Origin: Spirochaetales bacterium
GTDB taxonomy: Bacteria; Spirochaetota; Spirochaetia; Treponematales; UBA12059
NCBI GenBank assembly: GCA_016928955.1
Contig: JAFGJV010000039.1
Location: 1 to 43,743 of the forward strand
Length of the DNA stretch: 43,743 bases
Direction: 5' to 3'
Positions 26,791 to 35,488 of this stretch are shown piece after piece. The first letter of the stretch is position 1; the number at the start of each line of letters is the position of its first letter. The position numbers and the translations under genes were made by a program. The notes below the pieces were generated by a model. It made no database searches. It was given only the letters and a program-made list of their open reading frames with translations, and was not told where the DNA came from.

Positions 26791-28304
26791 GGCGATACCC
26801 TCGATGGCCGCGCGTACAGCTCGGCGGAAAACTCGCCCACGTGCGGCGGATCCGCCCCGTCGTACGCCGCGAGAGCCAGGAAATACAGCCTGCCGTTCTC
26901 CAGGCCCGTGAGCGTGAACGACGTGACGTTCCGGCCCTCGATCACGACGGGGCTGGTGCCCTGGTCGGCTCCGCCCCCGAAATAGTCGCGGGAGGCGTAG
27001 CCATAGTATAGCACATAGCCGCGCACGTCCGCCTCGGCGGAAGCCGACCATTCGACGCGTATCGACCCGTTTCCGGCCGTGGCGAGCAGTTTTGCCGGCG
27101 GCGACGGGGCGTCGTCGGGCTCGTACACGATCACGGCCTGGGTAAGCGACGGGCTGCGCTCCCCGGCCGCGTCTGGGTACAGCTCCGCCCGAAGCTGGAT
27201 GTAGCGGCCGCGCGAGTCCATGGCGACGCCGGGCAGGAAGGGCACCCACGCAGGATCGCCGTCGCGCCAGCCAGCCGAGCTGTCCGCGCAGCGGTAGAAC
27301 CAGTGCACCGCTCCCTCTCCTGGCTCTATGGCCGAGCATTCCAGCCACAGGATGCGGGCGTTGGTCGAGCCAAGGTCGTATATGGGCGACTCGGCCCAAC
27401 CGCCTTCTGGTTGGTAGCGCCTGGTCGCCGGATTCTCGACCCATGACGGCAGGATGCGGAATTCGTCTATAAGGCCCGTGTAGTTGGCGCCCAGCTCCAG
27501 AAGGCCCGCCGAGCCAGCCCTGGGAGGAAACACCTCGCCGCCCTGCCTGCCGGTGGACGTTACGTAGGTGACGGCCTCAGGGACGCCGTCCATCAGGTAC
27601 TCCAGGAGGCCGGTGGCCGAGTCGAAACGCAGGATATGGTGGGACCAGCGGGCGGGCAGGAGCATGGAGCGGCCGCTCAGGCTGACCGTGGTGGCTTTTC
27701 CCGACGGATCCTCGAAAAAATTGATGAACCCGAAAACCAGGCGGTTTTTCTGGATCAGGACCGAGTATTGCTGTGAACGCCAGGACGTGCCGGAGCGTTT
27801 GGACGCCTTCCATATCAAAATGATCTCGCCGTTCTCGGCCCTGGACGGTTTGAGCCAGAAATCCATGCTGAAATCCCCGGCTTGGCTGCCGGGCAGGGCA
27901 AGGACGCTGCGTTCCGGCTTCAGGGCGAGCTTGCTTGAAGGAGCGCGAAACACGCCGGCGCCCTCGCCCAGGCGGGCCAGCTCGGCGCTCGAGCGCTCGT
28001 ACGAGCCGGACATGGTGACGGCCCAGTTGCCCGCCTCGTCCACGGGCGCCTCGCCGTCAAAACTCAGGCGCAGGTCCGCCGCCGCGTCGCCGTTCCCCCA
28101 GCCGGGCACCAGGACCAGGTCCATGCCTCCGGCCGGTCCCGGGACAGCCCGCACGCCGTGGAGTATCCACTGCCAGGGCGACGACGGGGACTCGACGGCG
28201 GCGTCCACCGCCAGGCGGGTCTGGGCGGCGGCCGGCCACAAGGCCGTGAACATCCCGAGCATTGTCGCGAGCGCTCGAGCTCGTAGGCGTACTGGAGGCA
28301 TCAT
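26787..28304 (-). CDS. Secreted LamG/concanavalin-like + fibronectin type III protein
   Basis: Signal peptide ending PAAA; FSMDFWLKP, WSHHILRFD, YTGLIDEFRI (LamG); PSPPAKLLATAGNGSIRVEW...LTGLENGRLYFLALAAYD (FN3). Start uncertain (28313/28304/28301). Confidence 0.85.
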   Translation of the reverse strand: MMPPVRLRARALATMLGMFTALWPAAAQTRLAVDAAVESPSSPWQWILHGVRAVPGPAGGMDLVLVPGWGNGDAAADLRLSFDGEAPVDEAGNWAVTMSGSYERSSAELARLGEGAGVFRAPSSKLALKPERSVLALPGSQAGDFSMDFWLKPSRAENGEIILIWKASKRSGTSWRSQQYSVLIQKNRLVFGFINFFEDPSGKATTVSLSGRSMLLPARWSHHILRFDSATGLLEYLMDGVPEAVTYVTSTGRQGGEVFPPRAGSAGLLELGANYTGLIDEFRILPSWVENPATRRYQPEGGWAESPIYDLGSTNARILWLECSAIEPGEGAVHWFYRCADSSAGWRDGDPAWVPFLPGVAMDSRGRYIQLRAELYPDAAGERSPSLTQAVIVYEPDDAPSPPAKLLATAGNGSIRVEWSASAEADVRGYVLYYGYASRDYFGGGADQGTSPVVIEGRNVTSFTLTGLENGRLYFLALAAYDGADPPHVGEFSAELYARPSRVSP

Positions 28305-28355
28305 GCTCTGCATTCCCTTCGACACGGAAGCTTCTATATCTTATTATCGAACCCT

Positions 28356-30218
28356 ATGGACGATACTGTAGGACAGGCGCCCGAATCGCCCAACCAGAGC
28401 GAAAGCCCCCGAGACAGCGCTCGCAAGGCGCCGGCCAACCCCGGCGTGTATCTCTGGCGCGACGCCCAGGGTACCTGCATCTACGTGGGCAAGGCCCGGT
28501 CGCTCAAGGACCGCCTGGCGTCCTATTTTACCGGCCGCAGGGACGCGAAGACCAGGCACCTGGTGGAAAAGGCCGCCAGCCTGGAATGGATACGCACCGA
28601 CGACGAATACGAGGCCTTGTTGCTTGAGAACAACCTCATCAAGCGCCTGGGCCCACGCTACAACATAAACCTGAAAGACGGCAAAACCTACCCGTCCATA
28701 CGCATCACCAACGAGGAATTCCCCCGCGTGTTCCGTACGCGGACCATCGTTGACGACGGCAGCCGCTATTTCGGGCCCTATCCCAGCGCCGACGTTATAG
28801 ACCGTTACCTGGAGCTGATACGGCGGCTCTTTCCCCTGCGCCGCTGCGCCCGCATGCGCAAGCGCGATACGCCGTGCATGTACTACCACATAGGCCGCTG
28901 TTCGGCTCCCTGCGCCGGAAAAATCAGCAAGGAGGACTACGCCGAGCAGGTGGAGCGCGTGGCAGCCCTGCTATCAGGGAACAACGACGCGCTGACCTCA
29001 GCCATACGCGCAGACATGGACAAGGCGGCGGCCGCCCTGGAGTTCGAGAAGGCAGCGTCGCTCAGGGACACCCTGTCGGCCATCGAGGCCTTCAAGGGCG
29101 ACACTGTTGCCCAGGATTTCGGCTCGGGCGACCGCGACTATCTGGCCTGGGCCGCCGACGGATCCCTGGTCACCTTCGTCGTCTTCCAGACCCGCTCCGG
29201 CAAGCTGGTGGGCCGCGACCTGTTCCGCGAGCGCAGTTACGGCACGGAGGCCGAGGCCGCCGCTGAATTCCTGGCCGCCTACTACACCAAGGACCGCCTT
29301 CCGCCCCCCGAGCTGTTCGCCATGGACCCAGCGGGACTCGAGCTGGCGGCCGACTATCTTAAGCGCACCCTGGGCTCGGACTTTGCGCTCCTGGCCCCGT
29401 CCGAGCGCAGGCACCTGGCGTCCATGGCCATGGCCGCCATGAACGCCCGCGAGGACCTGGCCAGGCGCAGGCGCGAAGCCGGCGACCTGGAAGCCCTGGA
29501 GAGCCTTCGCGCGGCCCTGTCCCTGGACAGCCTGCCCGAACTCATACACGGCTTTGATATTGCCCAGCTTTCGGGCAAACACACCGTGGCCAGCCTGGTC
29601 GCCTTCCGCAACGGGGCGGCAGAAAAGAAATCCTACCGGATTTTCAAGATCCGCAGCCTGGACGGCGCGATAGACGATTTTGGCGCCATGAGGGAAGCCG
29701 TGGCCAGGCACTTTACCCATATAGCCAACGACGAAGCAGAAGCCCCGGACCTGCTTCTGATAGACGGCGGCCGCGGCCAGGTCAACGCGGCCAAGGAGGT
29801 GCTGGACGCCCTGGGCCTGGACGACCTGCCCGTGGTGGGTCTGGCCAAGGAAAACGAGGAACTCTGGCCGCACGGGGCCAAAAAACCCGTGGTGATGGAC
29901 AAGGACGCCCCGGGGCTGAGGCTCGTGGTGGCCGTGCGCGACGAGGCGCACCGTTTTGCCACGGCCATGAACCAGAAGCTCCGTGGCAAGGCCGTGGGCT
30001 TTGCCGTGCTGGAAGGCGTCAAGGGCGTGGGACCCGCCAAGGCAAAAAAACTGATGGATCATTTCGGCAGTCTGGGCGCCGTGGCGGAGGCCGAACCGGC
30101 CTACCTGGCCAGCACCGCCGGCATATCAGCCGAAGCCGCGGCCGCCATCAAGGACGCGGCCGCCGGGGCGGCTGTCCCGGAACCCAGGGCCTTGACCAGG
30201 GCCTCGCAGCCCGGCTAG
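28356..30218 (+). CDS. uvrC: Excinuclease ABC subunit C
   Basis: GIY-YIG PGVYLW..IYVGKA, Cys cluster, UVR domain FEKAASLRD, RNase H-like FDIA/IDGGRGQ/RDEAHRFA and HhH GVGP. Confidence 0.97.
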   Translation: MDDTVGQAPESPNQSESPRDSARKAPANPGVYLWRDAQGTCIYVGKARSLKDRLASYFTGRRDAKTRHLVEKAASLEWIRTDDEYEALLLENNLIKRLGPRYNINLKDGKTYPSIRITNEEFPRVFRTRTIVDDGSRYFGPYPSADVIDRYLELIRRLFPLRRCARMRKRDTPCMYYHIGRCSAPCAGKISKEDYAEQVERVAALLSGNNDALTSAIRADMDKAAAALEFEKAASLRDTLSAIEAFKGDTVAQDFGSGDRDYLAWAADGSLVTFVVFQTRSGKLVGRDLFRERSYGTEAEAAAEFLAAYYTKDRLPPPELFAMDPAGLELAADYLKRTLGSDFALLAPSERRHLASMAMAAMNAREDLARRRREAGDLEALESLRAALSLDSLPELIHGFDIAQLSGKHTVASLVAFRNGAAEKKSYRIFKIRSLDGAIDDFGAMREAVARHFTHIANDEAEAPDLLLIDGGRGQVNAAKEVLDALGLDDLPVVGLAKENEELWPHGAKKPVVMDKDAPGLRLVVAVRDEAHRFATAMNQKLRGKAVGFAVLEGVKGVGPAKAKKLMDHFGSLGAVAEAEPAYLASTAGISAEAAAAIKDAAAGAAVPEPRALTRASQPG

Positions 30219-30293
30219 ATTCGTCCGGCCCGACCCGGCCTCCGCATCCTGTTCTCGTATCCAAGGGGCTTGTCGGAACGGAGCGTACATCCC

Positions 30294-30965
30294 ATGGACA
30301 TACACACCGTCCTCCCGCCGTCGCTGTTGCGCGAGCGCCTGCTTGCCCTGAGCGAGCTGTACGCCAGGGCTGACCGGGCCGTGGATATATTCCAGGCGGC
30401 GTCCGGCCTGGGCTGTCCCTTTGGCTGCGGCTCGTGCTGCGAGTCTTTCATTCCTGACATCCTGCCGGCCGAGGCAGAACTGGTCGCCCTGGACCTGGTT
30501 GCCAGGGACCGTGACCAGGCGTTCCGTCTGGCCGCCTCAGGCCTTGAGCCCCGGCAGTCGGCGTCGGGAACCCCGGGCTGCCCCCTGTACCGCGACGACA
30601 CGCCCTATCATTGTTCCGTATACGCGTCCCGGCCGCTGATATGCAGGTTGTTCGCCTTTTCGGCGGTCAGGGACAAGCACGGCACGGCGGCCTATTCTCT
30701 GTGCCGCTTGATGCCGGCAGGCCCGGGCACACCGCGCTCGGCCGCCAACGGAGACCTGGCAGCCGCCTTTGGGGCAGAACCTCCGGTCATGGGCGACTAT
30801 GGCGCCGAGCTGGCCGCCCTGGACCCAGGTTCTGCCGGCGGGCGCCTGCCCCTGCACGAGGCCCTGCCCCCGGCCATCATGCGCGTGCTGTTCATGGCCG
30901 GCTTGGGCACGAACCCGGAAAACGACGGGCCCAACCTGTCGCCGCCCCTGCCCCAGGCCAGCTGA
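30294..30965 (+). CDS. YkgJ/UPF0153 cysteine-cluster protein
   Basis: CPFGCGSCC...CPLY...CSVYASRPLICRLF. Confidence 0.88.
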   Translation: MDIHTVLPPSLLRERLLALSELYARADRAVDIFQAASGLGCPFGCGSCCESFIPDILPAEAELVALDLVARDRDQAFRLAASGLEPRQSASGTPGCPLYRDDTPYHCSVYASRPLICRLFAFSAVRDKHGTAAYSLCRLMPAGPGTPRSAANGDLAAAFGAEPPVMGDYGAELAALDPGSAGGRLPLHEALPPAIMRVLFMAGLGTNPENDGPNLSPPLPQAS

Positions 30966-30977
30966 CACTCCAGGCCG

Positions 30978-32060
30978 TTAAAAACGCGGCTGGTCGTCCG
31001 CGCGCAGCGACGACACGGGCAGATAGCGCTCGGGAACCTCCCAAAGCACCAGCCTCACGCCGTTTGCCTCCAGGGCGCCTCCGCCCAGGGCCTGGTCCAT
31101 CGGCGTGAACGGACCCGAACCCTCGGCCGCCAGGTTGAGCGTCCCGACGCCCAGCTCTGCCTGGAGAAAAGCCTCAAAGCCCCAACGGGCAGACGCGGTG
31201 TAGCTGGTGCCGACCAGGGCCACCGGCAGGACCTGGGCGCCGAACAGGGCGCTGGCCAGGTCAAAGGCGGCGGGTCCGCCCTCGGTCCATATGCTTTCCG
31301 GCAACGTATCCGGTTCGGGCAGCGCTCGGAAAAACGCGCCGCGCTCCGGGAGGTAGGCAAGCAGGTCGCCCGGGTACGGCGCGTCTGAGCCGCGTGCCAC
31401 GCTGAACGACGCTTCCGGTTCGGGCGCCAGTCCAGCCGAGCCCAGGTAGGCGCGCACGGACTCAGCCGCCCTGTGGGCCCCGAGCGGGCTCCAGTGCGTG
31501 TCCGTCCGCAGGAAGGTGTCGCCGCCCGCGGCTGTTGGGTCCATGGCAGGGCGCAGATCGACCGCCGGCACGCCGGCGCGCCCGAAGGCTTCCAGGGCCG
31601 CCTCGTAGCGCCGCGGCCAGGGCGCGCCCGACGGCAGGTTCCCGGCATACACGCGCGACTTGGACGGCACCAGGGCAATGACCAGGGTCATGCCGGCTTC
31701 AGCCAAGCGCCGTTGGTACGCGGCCGCCGCGGCCACGGGATCGGCCACCGAGAGACCGGGGTCGTCCTGGAATTCCTCGGCCGTGAACAGCCAGCCATCC
31801 GTGCCCACTACCACACCCCGGTAGCCCTGGCCGAACAGGGCCCAGCGCGCCCGCGCCCAGAGTTCGGCCGCCCCGCCCCTGAACGGCAGGGCCTTGTCGA
31901 ACGAGTCTTGAAACCGGGCGGCGGCGGTGTCCACGGTCAGGGGACCCTTTCCGTCAGGCGTCACGCGCGCGAGCGTCCACACGCCGAGCGCCCCGGCCAC
32001 GGCCAGGGCGCCGCCGAGCAGAATGGTTCGCCAGCCTTTTTTGTCAGCGTTTTCCGCCAT
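30978..32060 (-). CDS. algJ: AlgJ/AlgX-family SGNH-like O-acetyltransferase
   Basis: N-terminal TM; VVVGTDGWLFTAEEF, VPSKSRVY, RTDTHWSPLGA (DxH), LVGTSY (Ser) and WEVPERY. Confidence 0.85.
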   Translation of the reverse strand: MAENADKKGWRTILLGGALAVAGALGVWTLARVTPDGKGPLTVDTAAARFQDSFDKALPFRGGAAELWARARWALFGQGYRGVVVGTDGWLFTAEEFQDDPGLSVADPVAAAAAYQRRLAEAGMTLVIALVPSKSRVYAGNLPSGAPWPRRYEAALEAFGRAGVPAVDLRPAMDPTAAGGDTFLRTDTHWSPLGAHRAAESVRAYLGSAGLAPEPEASFSVARGSDAPYPGDLLAYLPERGAFFRALPEPDTLPESIWTEGGPAAFDLASALFGAQVLPVALVGTSYTASARWGFEAFLQAELGVGTLNLAAEGSGPFTPMDQALGGGALEANGVRLVLWEVPERYLPVSSLRADDQPRF

Positions 32061-32080
32061 AATCGTCTCCAAGCGCGCCG

Positions 32081-33514
32081 CTAAAACTGGAAATACAGAA
32101 ACGGGGAATACGAATCGGCTGCCAGCCGTACCACGGCCAGCACCCCGACGGCCAGCCAGGCCAGGCGCGGAAGGACCGGCGCCCGCGTACCGTTTTCCGC
32201 CCGCTCGGCCTCGGCCTGGCGCTCCCTGGCCCTCGGCTCAACCACGATGAGCGCCACGCCCAGGGCAAGCACGGCCAGCTCCAGGCCGCCGGCAAGCCAG
32301 CCCAGACCGCCCGGCCGCGCCCAGCCATTGGCCCCGCCCAAGGCCGCGAACATCCTTCCCGCTGAGGCCAGATCCTGAGCCCTGAAGAGAACCCAGCCCG
32401 CCAACACGGCAAGTTGGGTCAGCACAACGCCAAAGAAGCCGGACAGGACGGCGCCGCGTCTTTTGGCCCCGGCCAGGCGTTCAAAGGCCAGAAGCGCGCC
32501 GTGCCAGCAACCCCAGAGCACAAAGGTCCACGCGGCCCCGTGCCACAGGCCGCCCAGCACCATGACCAGAAACAGGTTCAGGTAGGTGCGGGCCGGGCCG
32601 CGCCGGTTGCCGCCCAGGGGCAGGTACAGGTAGTCGCGCAGCCAGGACGAGAGGCTGATATGCCAGCGTCGCCAAAAATCGGTGATGGACGACGAGCGGT
32701 ACGGCGCGTCGAAATTTTCCATGAACGTAAAGCCCATCATGTGCCCCAGGCCCACGGCCATGTCCGAGTAGCCGGAAAAGTCGAAGTACAGCTGGACCGC
32801 GTAGGCAAAGAGGCCCAGCCAGGCCTCCGCGGCTCCGGGATCGGCCATGGAGAAGGCCGCGTTAGCCACCGGCCCCAGGGCGTCGGCTATCAGCACCTTG
32901 CGCCCCAGGCCCACGACAAAGCGCTTGAGCCCGAAGGCCGCCCGGGTCTCCGAGTGGACCCTCTGCCTGAGCTGGCCGGCCAGGTCCTTGTAGCGCAGGA
33001 TGGGTCCGGCCACCAGCTGGGGAAAGAGCGACACGTAGGCAGCCAGGTCGACAAAGTCGTGCGCGGGCGGCGCGTCGCCCCTGTACACGTCTATCACGTA
33101 GCTCATCGACTGGAATATGTAGAACGATATGCCCACGGGCAGGACAACCGACCAGGTTTCCAGGCCGCGGACGCCAAAGAGGCCGAGCACGGCGTTCAGG
33201 CTGTCCATGCCAAAGTTGAAATACTTGAAGTAGCCGAGCAGGGCCAGGTTGCCCGCCACGGCGGCCCCTACCACCAGTCGGCGATTCCGCTCAGCCCGCG
33301 GGGCCTCTGAGGCGCGCGCCAGGGCAAGGCCGGCCAGCCAGTTGCCAACGGTGACGCCCGCAAGCAGCAGGAGAAAATCCGCGCGCCAGAAACCGTAGAA
33401 AATCCAGCTGCCAGTCATTATCCACGAGGAGCGGAAGCGGGCGGGCAGGGCGGCGTATACCAGGAAAAAAGCCGGCAGGAAGAGAAAGATAAAGGCCGGT
33501 GAACTGAAAACCAC
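32081..33514 (-). CDS. algI: AlgI/DltB-family MBOAT O-acetyltransferase
   Basis: MVFSS, LPVGISFYIFQ, FPQLVAGPI, DFSGYSDMA, FWRRWHISLS, GLWHGA and PFLYFQF. Confidence 0.93.
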   Translation of the reverse strand: MVFSSPAFIFLFLPAFFLVYAALPARFRSSWIMTGSWIFYGFWRADFLLLLAGVTVGNWLAGLALARASEAPRAERNRRLVVGAAVAGNLALLGYFKYFNFGMDSLNAVLGLFGVRGLETWSVVLPVGISFYIFQSMSYVIDVYRGDAPPAHDFVDLAAYVSLFPQLVAGPILRYKDLAGQLRQRVHSETRAAFGLKRFVVGLGRKVLIADALGPVANAAFSMADPGAAEAWLGLFAYAVQLYFDFSGYSDMAVGLGHMMGFTFMENFDAPYRSSSITDFWRRWHISLSSWLRDYLYLPLGGNRRGPARTYLNLFLVMVLGGLWHGAAWTFVLWGCWHGALLAFERLAGAKRRGAVLSGFFGVVLTQLAVLAGWVLFRAQDLASAGRMFAALGGANGWARPGGLGWLAGGLELAVLALGVALIVVEPRARERQAEAERAENGTRAPVLPRLAWLAVGVLAVVRLAADSYSPFLYFQF

Positions 33515-33518
33515 GGGG

Positions 33519-34148
33519 TCAGTCCGAGTCGACGCTCGCCGTTACCGCGAACACCCTGGGACCGCCCGCTGTGTCGGCCACGAACACCGACCAAGACGAG
33601 CCGCGTGTCAGGGTCAGGGTCACAGTCTGCCCTAGTTTGGCCGTGCCGAACACGGCCACGGGCACCGAGAGGGCGTTGACGGCCACCTGGGCCGACGACA
33701 GGGCGCCCAGCGGGCCGAGAATGCGCACCGAGCCGTCGGCGGTTTTGAGTTCCAGGCCGCCGGACGCCATGAGATTGTAGAAGTACAGCTGGGCCTTGGC
33801 CGGATCCTCATGGCGCTGGTCTTTGAGTATGACCAGGCGGTCGGGCAGGGCCACCAGGGTGTAGTAGCTGGACAGGTCGGGCACGAATTCCCAGCGCTTG
33901 CCCGCGTGGAACAGCGTGTATATGTCGGCGGCTATGGGCTTGTATGGCGTGGCGTCGCCAAAGGACGCGGCGGCCAGAAGCTGGGCCCCGATCCTGAGCT
34001 CCACGGGGGACGTGCCCGCGTTGACGGCCCTGACCAGTATGGCCGATTCCTCAACGCCGGCTCCGTACAGGGACGGGGCCTGGGCCCACAAGGGAGCGGC
34101 GGCGAACAGGGCGGACACGGCGAGCAATCCACGTTTGATGGCCTTCAT
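33519..34148 (-). CDS. algF: AlgF-like periplasmic O-acetylation accessory protein
   Basis: Signal peptide, SLYG, VRAVNA, KAQLYFYNL and LELKTADG; lies directly upstream of algI. Confidence 0.75.
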   Translation of the reverse strand: MKAIKRGLLAVSALFAAAPLWAQAPSLYGAGVEESAILVRAVNAGTSPVELRIGAQLLAAASFGDATPYKPIAADIYTLFHAGKRWEFVPDLSSYYTLVALPDRLVILKDQRHEDPAKAQLYFYNLMASGGLELKTADGSVRILGPLGALSSAQVAVNALSVPVAVFGTAKLGQTVTLTLTRGSSWSVFVADTAGGPRVFAVTASVDSD

Positions 34149-34155
34149 GCGCGTG

Positions 34156-34257
34156 AGTATAGCATCGGCGGGCCCTGCCCGTGAACCTGTTCCCGCGGCC
34201 AATCGCCAGCGCCGGACGGAGGCAAGCTTGATTCCCCGGCGCCTTGCTTGCTACTGT
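34156..34257. promoter_or_regulatory. Back-to-back divergent extended -10 promoters, both probably leaderless
   Basis: Minus strand: TTCACG-18-TGcTATACT, 7 nt, ATG 34148. Plus strand: TTGATT-18-TGcTACTGT, 6 nt, ATG 34264. Confidence 0.6.
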
Positions 34258-34263
34258 AGCCCC

Positions 34264-35445
34264 ATGACACGACACCTGCCCGCCGCGCTGATCCTGGCCT
34301 GTTCCCTCGTCGCCATGCCCGCGTGGGCCACGCCGGGCGACATAGTGTCCGCCGAGCTCGAGCGGACCATGTCGCCCGCGGACGTGGACCTCTTCATAGC
34401 GACGCTGTACGACGGCTACGACAAACCCGCAGCCGTATGTTCCGTGGACGTGTGGGCGGTCAAATTCGAGAGCGTATACCCCGACGGCGAGCCGGCCGTG
34501 GCCTTTGCCCAGGTGTTCATACCCAGGCTAGACGGCGAACCGCGCACCACGGCCCTGTACGCCTTCGGTCCCGGCTCAACGGGCCTTACGGACGCGTGCA
34601 GGCCGTCCCGCGAGCACGTGGCCGGCATACGCTGGGGCCTCTACCGCGCCCACGTCCTATCGCATGTGGGCCAGGGCATGATAGGCGTCATACCCGACTA
34701 CCTGGGCTTTGGCGACCCCGAGCGCGACCAGTATTACATGGTGGCAGAGGCCGAGGCGTCGGCCATGCTCCACGCCATACGCGCGGCCACCCTGATGGCG
34801 CGGCGCGGCGGCTACGCCGGCATAGGCACCATCAAGAATTTCGTGGCCGGTTTTTCCCAGGGCGGTCACGCCGCCTTCGCCGCGGCAGACTGGCGGACGC
34901 GCCTGGCGCCGGACGTCCAGCTGGCCGGCATCATAGGCTACGGCCCCAGCACGGACTTGGTAGCCCTCTTCAAGGAATTCCCCGACGTGGCCCCCATGGC
35001 CCTGTATACCTTCCGCAACCTGTACGGCGCCGGCACGGTCGATCCGAACCTGGCACTGGCCTCGCGCTTTGCCCCCAGCCTGGACATAGACGTTACCCGG
35101 CAGTGCGTGGGCGGCATGCAGTCGTACTATCCCATCGATCCGACCAAGCTGTTCAACGAGCGCTTCTCGTCGGCCCTGCTTGGAAACAGGCTGGACGACG
35201 AATTCCCGGGCATAGCCCGGATCCTGCGCCTCAACTCCACCGGGCTCACGCGCCACGGCGTGCCCGCCCTGATACTCCAGGGCACGGACGACATCGTGGT
35301 CAGCGTGGCCAGCCAGACGGCCTTTGCCGAGGCGTCGCGCCGCGCGGGCAACGCCGTGGAGCTCCGCGTCATGCAGGACGTGCGTCATGACACCAGGCAG
35401 GCGGGCTTCTACCAGGCCCAGGAATGGATGAAATCCAAGCTCTGA
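34264..35445 (+). CDS. Secretory lipase (LIP)-family alpha/beta hydrolase 1
   Basis: Signal peptide; GSTGLTDACRPS, PDYLGFG, GFSQGG nucleophile elbow, QGTDD and RH. Confidence 0.88.
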   Translation: MTRHLPAALILACSLVAMPAWATPGDIVSAELERTMSPADVDLFIATLYDGYDKPAAVCSVDVWAVKFESVYPDGEPAVAFAQVFIPRLDGEPRTTALYAFGPGSTGLTDACRPSREHVAGIRWGLYRAHVLSHVGQGMIGVIPDYLGFGDPERDQYYMVAEAEASAMLHAIRAATLMARRGGYAGIGTIKNFVAGFSQGGHAAFAAADWRTRLAPDVQLAGIIGYGPSTDLVALFKEFPDVAPMALYTFRNLYGAGTVDPNLALASRFAPSLDIDVTRQCVGGMQSYYPIDPTKLFNERFSSALLGNRLDDEFPGIARILRLNSTGLTRHGVPALILQGTDDIVVSVASQTAFAEASRRAGNAVELRVMQDVRHDTRQAGFYQAQEWMKSKL

Positions 35446-35488
35446 CCATATGAAAGCATTGCTTGCATCCGCTTTTGAAAGGACGACC

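Noticed and set aside
24631..26985. 784-aa plus-strand ORF and other long antisense ORFs (e.g. 22-951, 13807-14874, 15522-16580, 28998-30062)
   Set aside because: They are antisense shadows of well-supported genes, expected with high GC3 codon bias, and show no recognisable motifs.
26791..27444. 218-codon N-terminal extension of the TPR ORF (1259 aa in the track), suggesting a frameshift fusion with the LamG/FN3 gene
   Set aside because: The extension is Arg/Gly-rich off-frame sequence inside the LamG/FN3 CDS. An ATGA-coupled start at 26790 explains the gene, and I saw no slippery site.
33898..34263. Long N-terminal extension of lipase 1 overlapping algF
   Set aside because: The signal peptide and promoter point to ATG 34264; the extension is antisense to algF.
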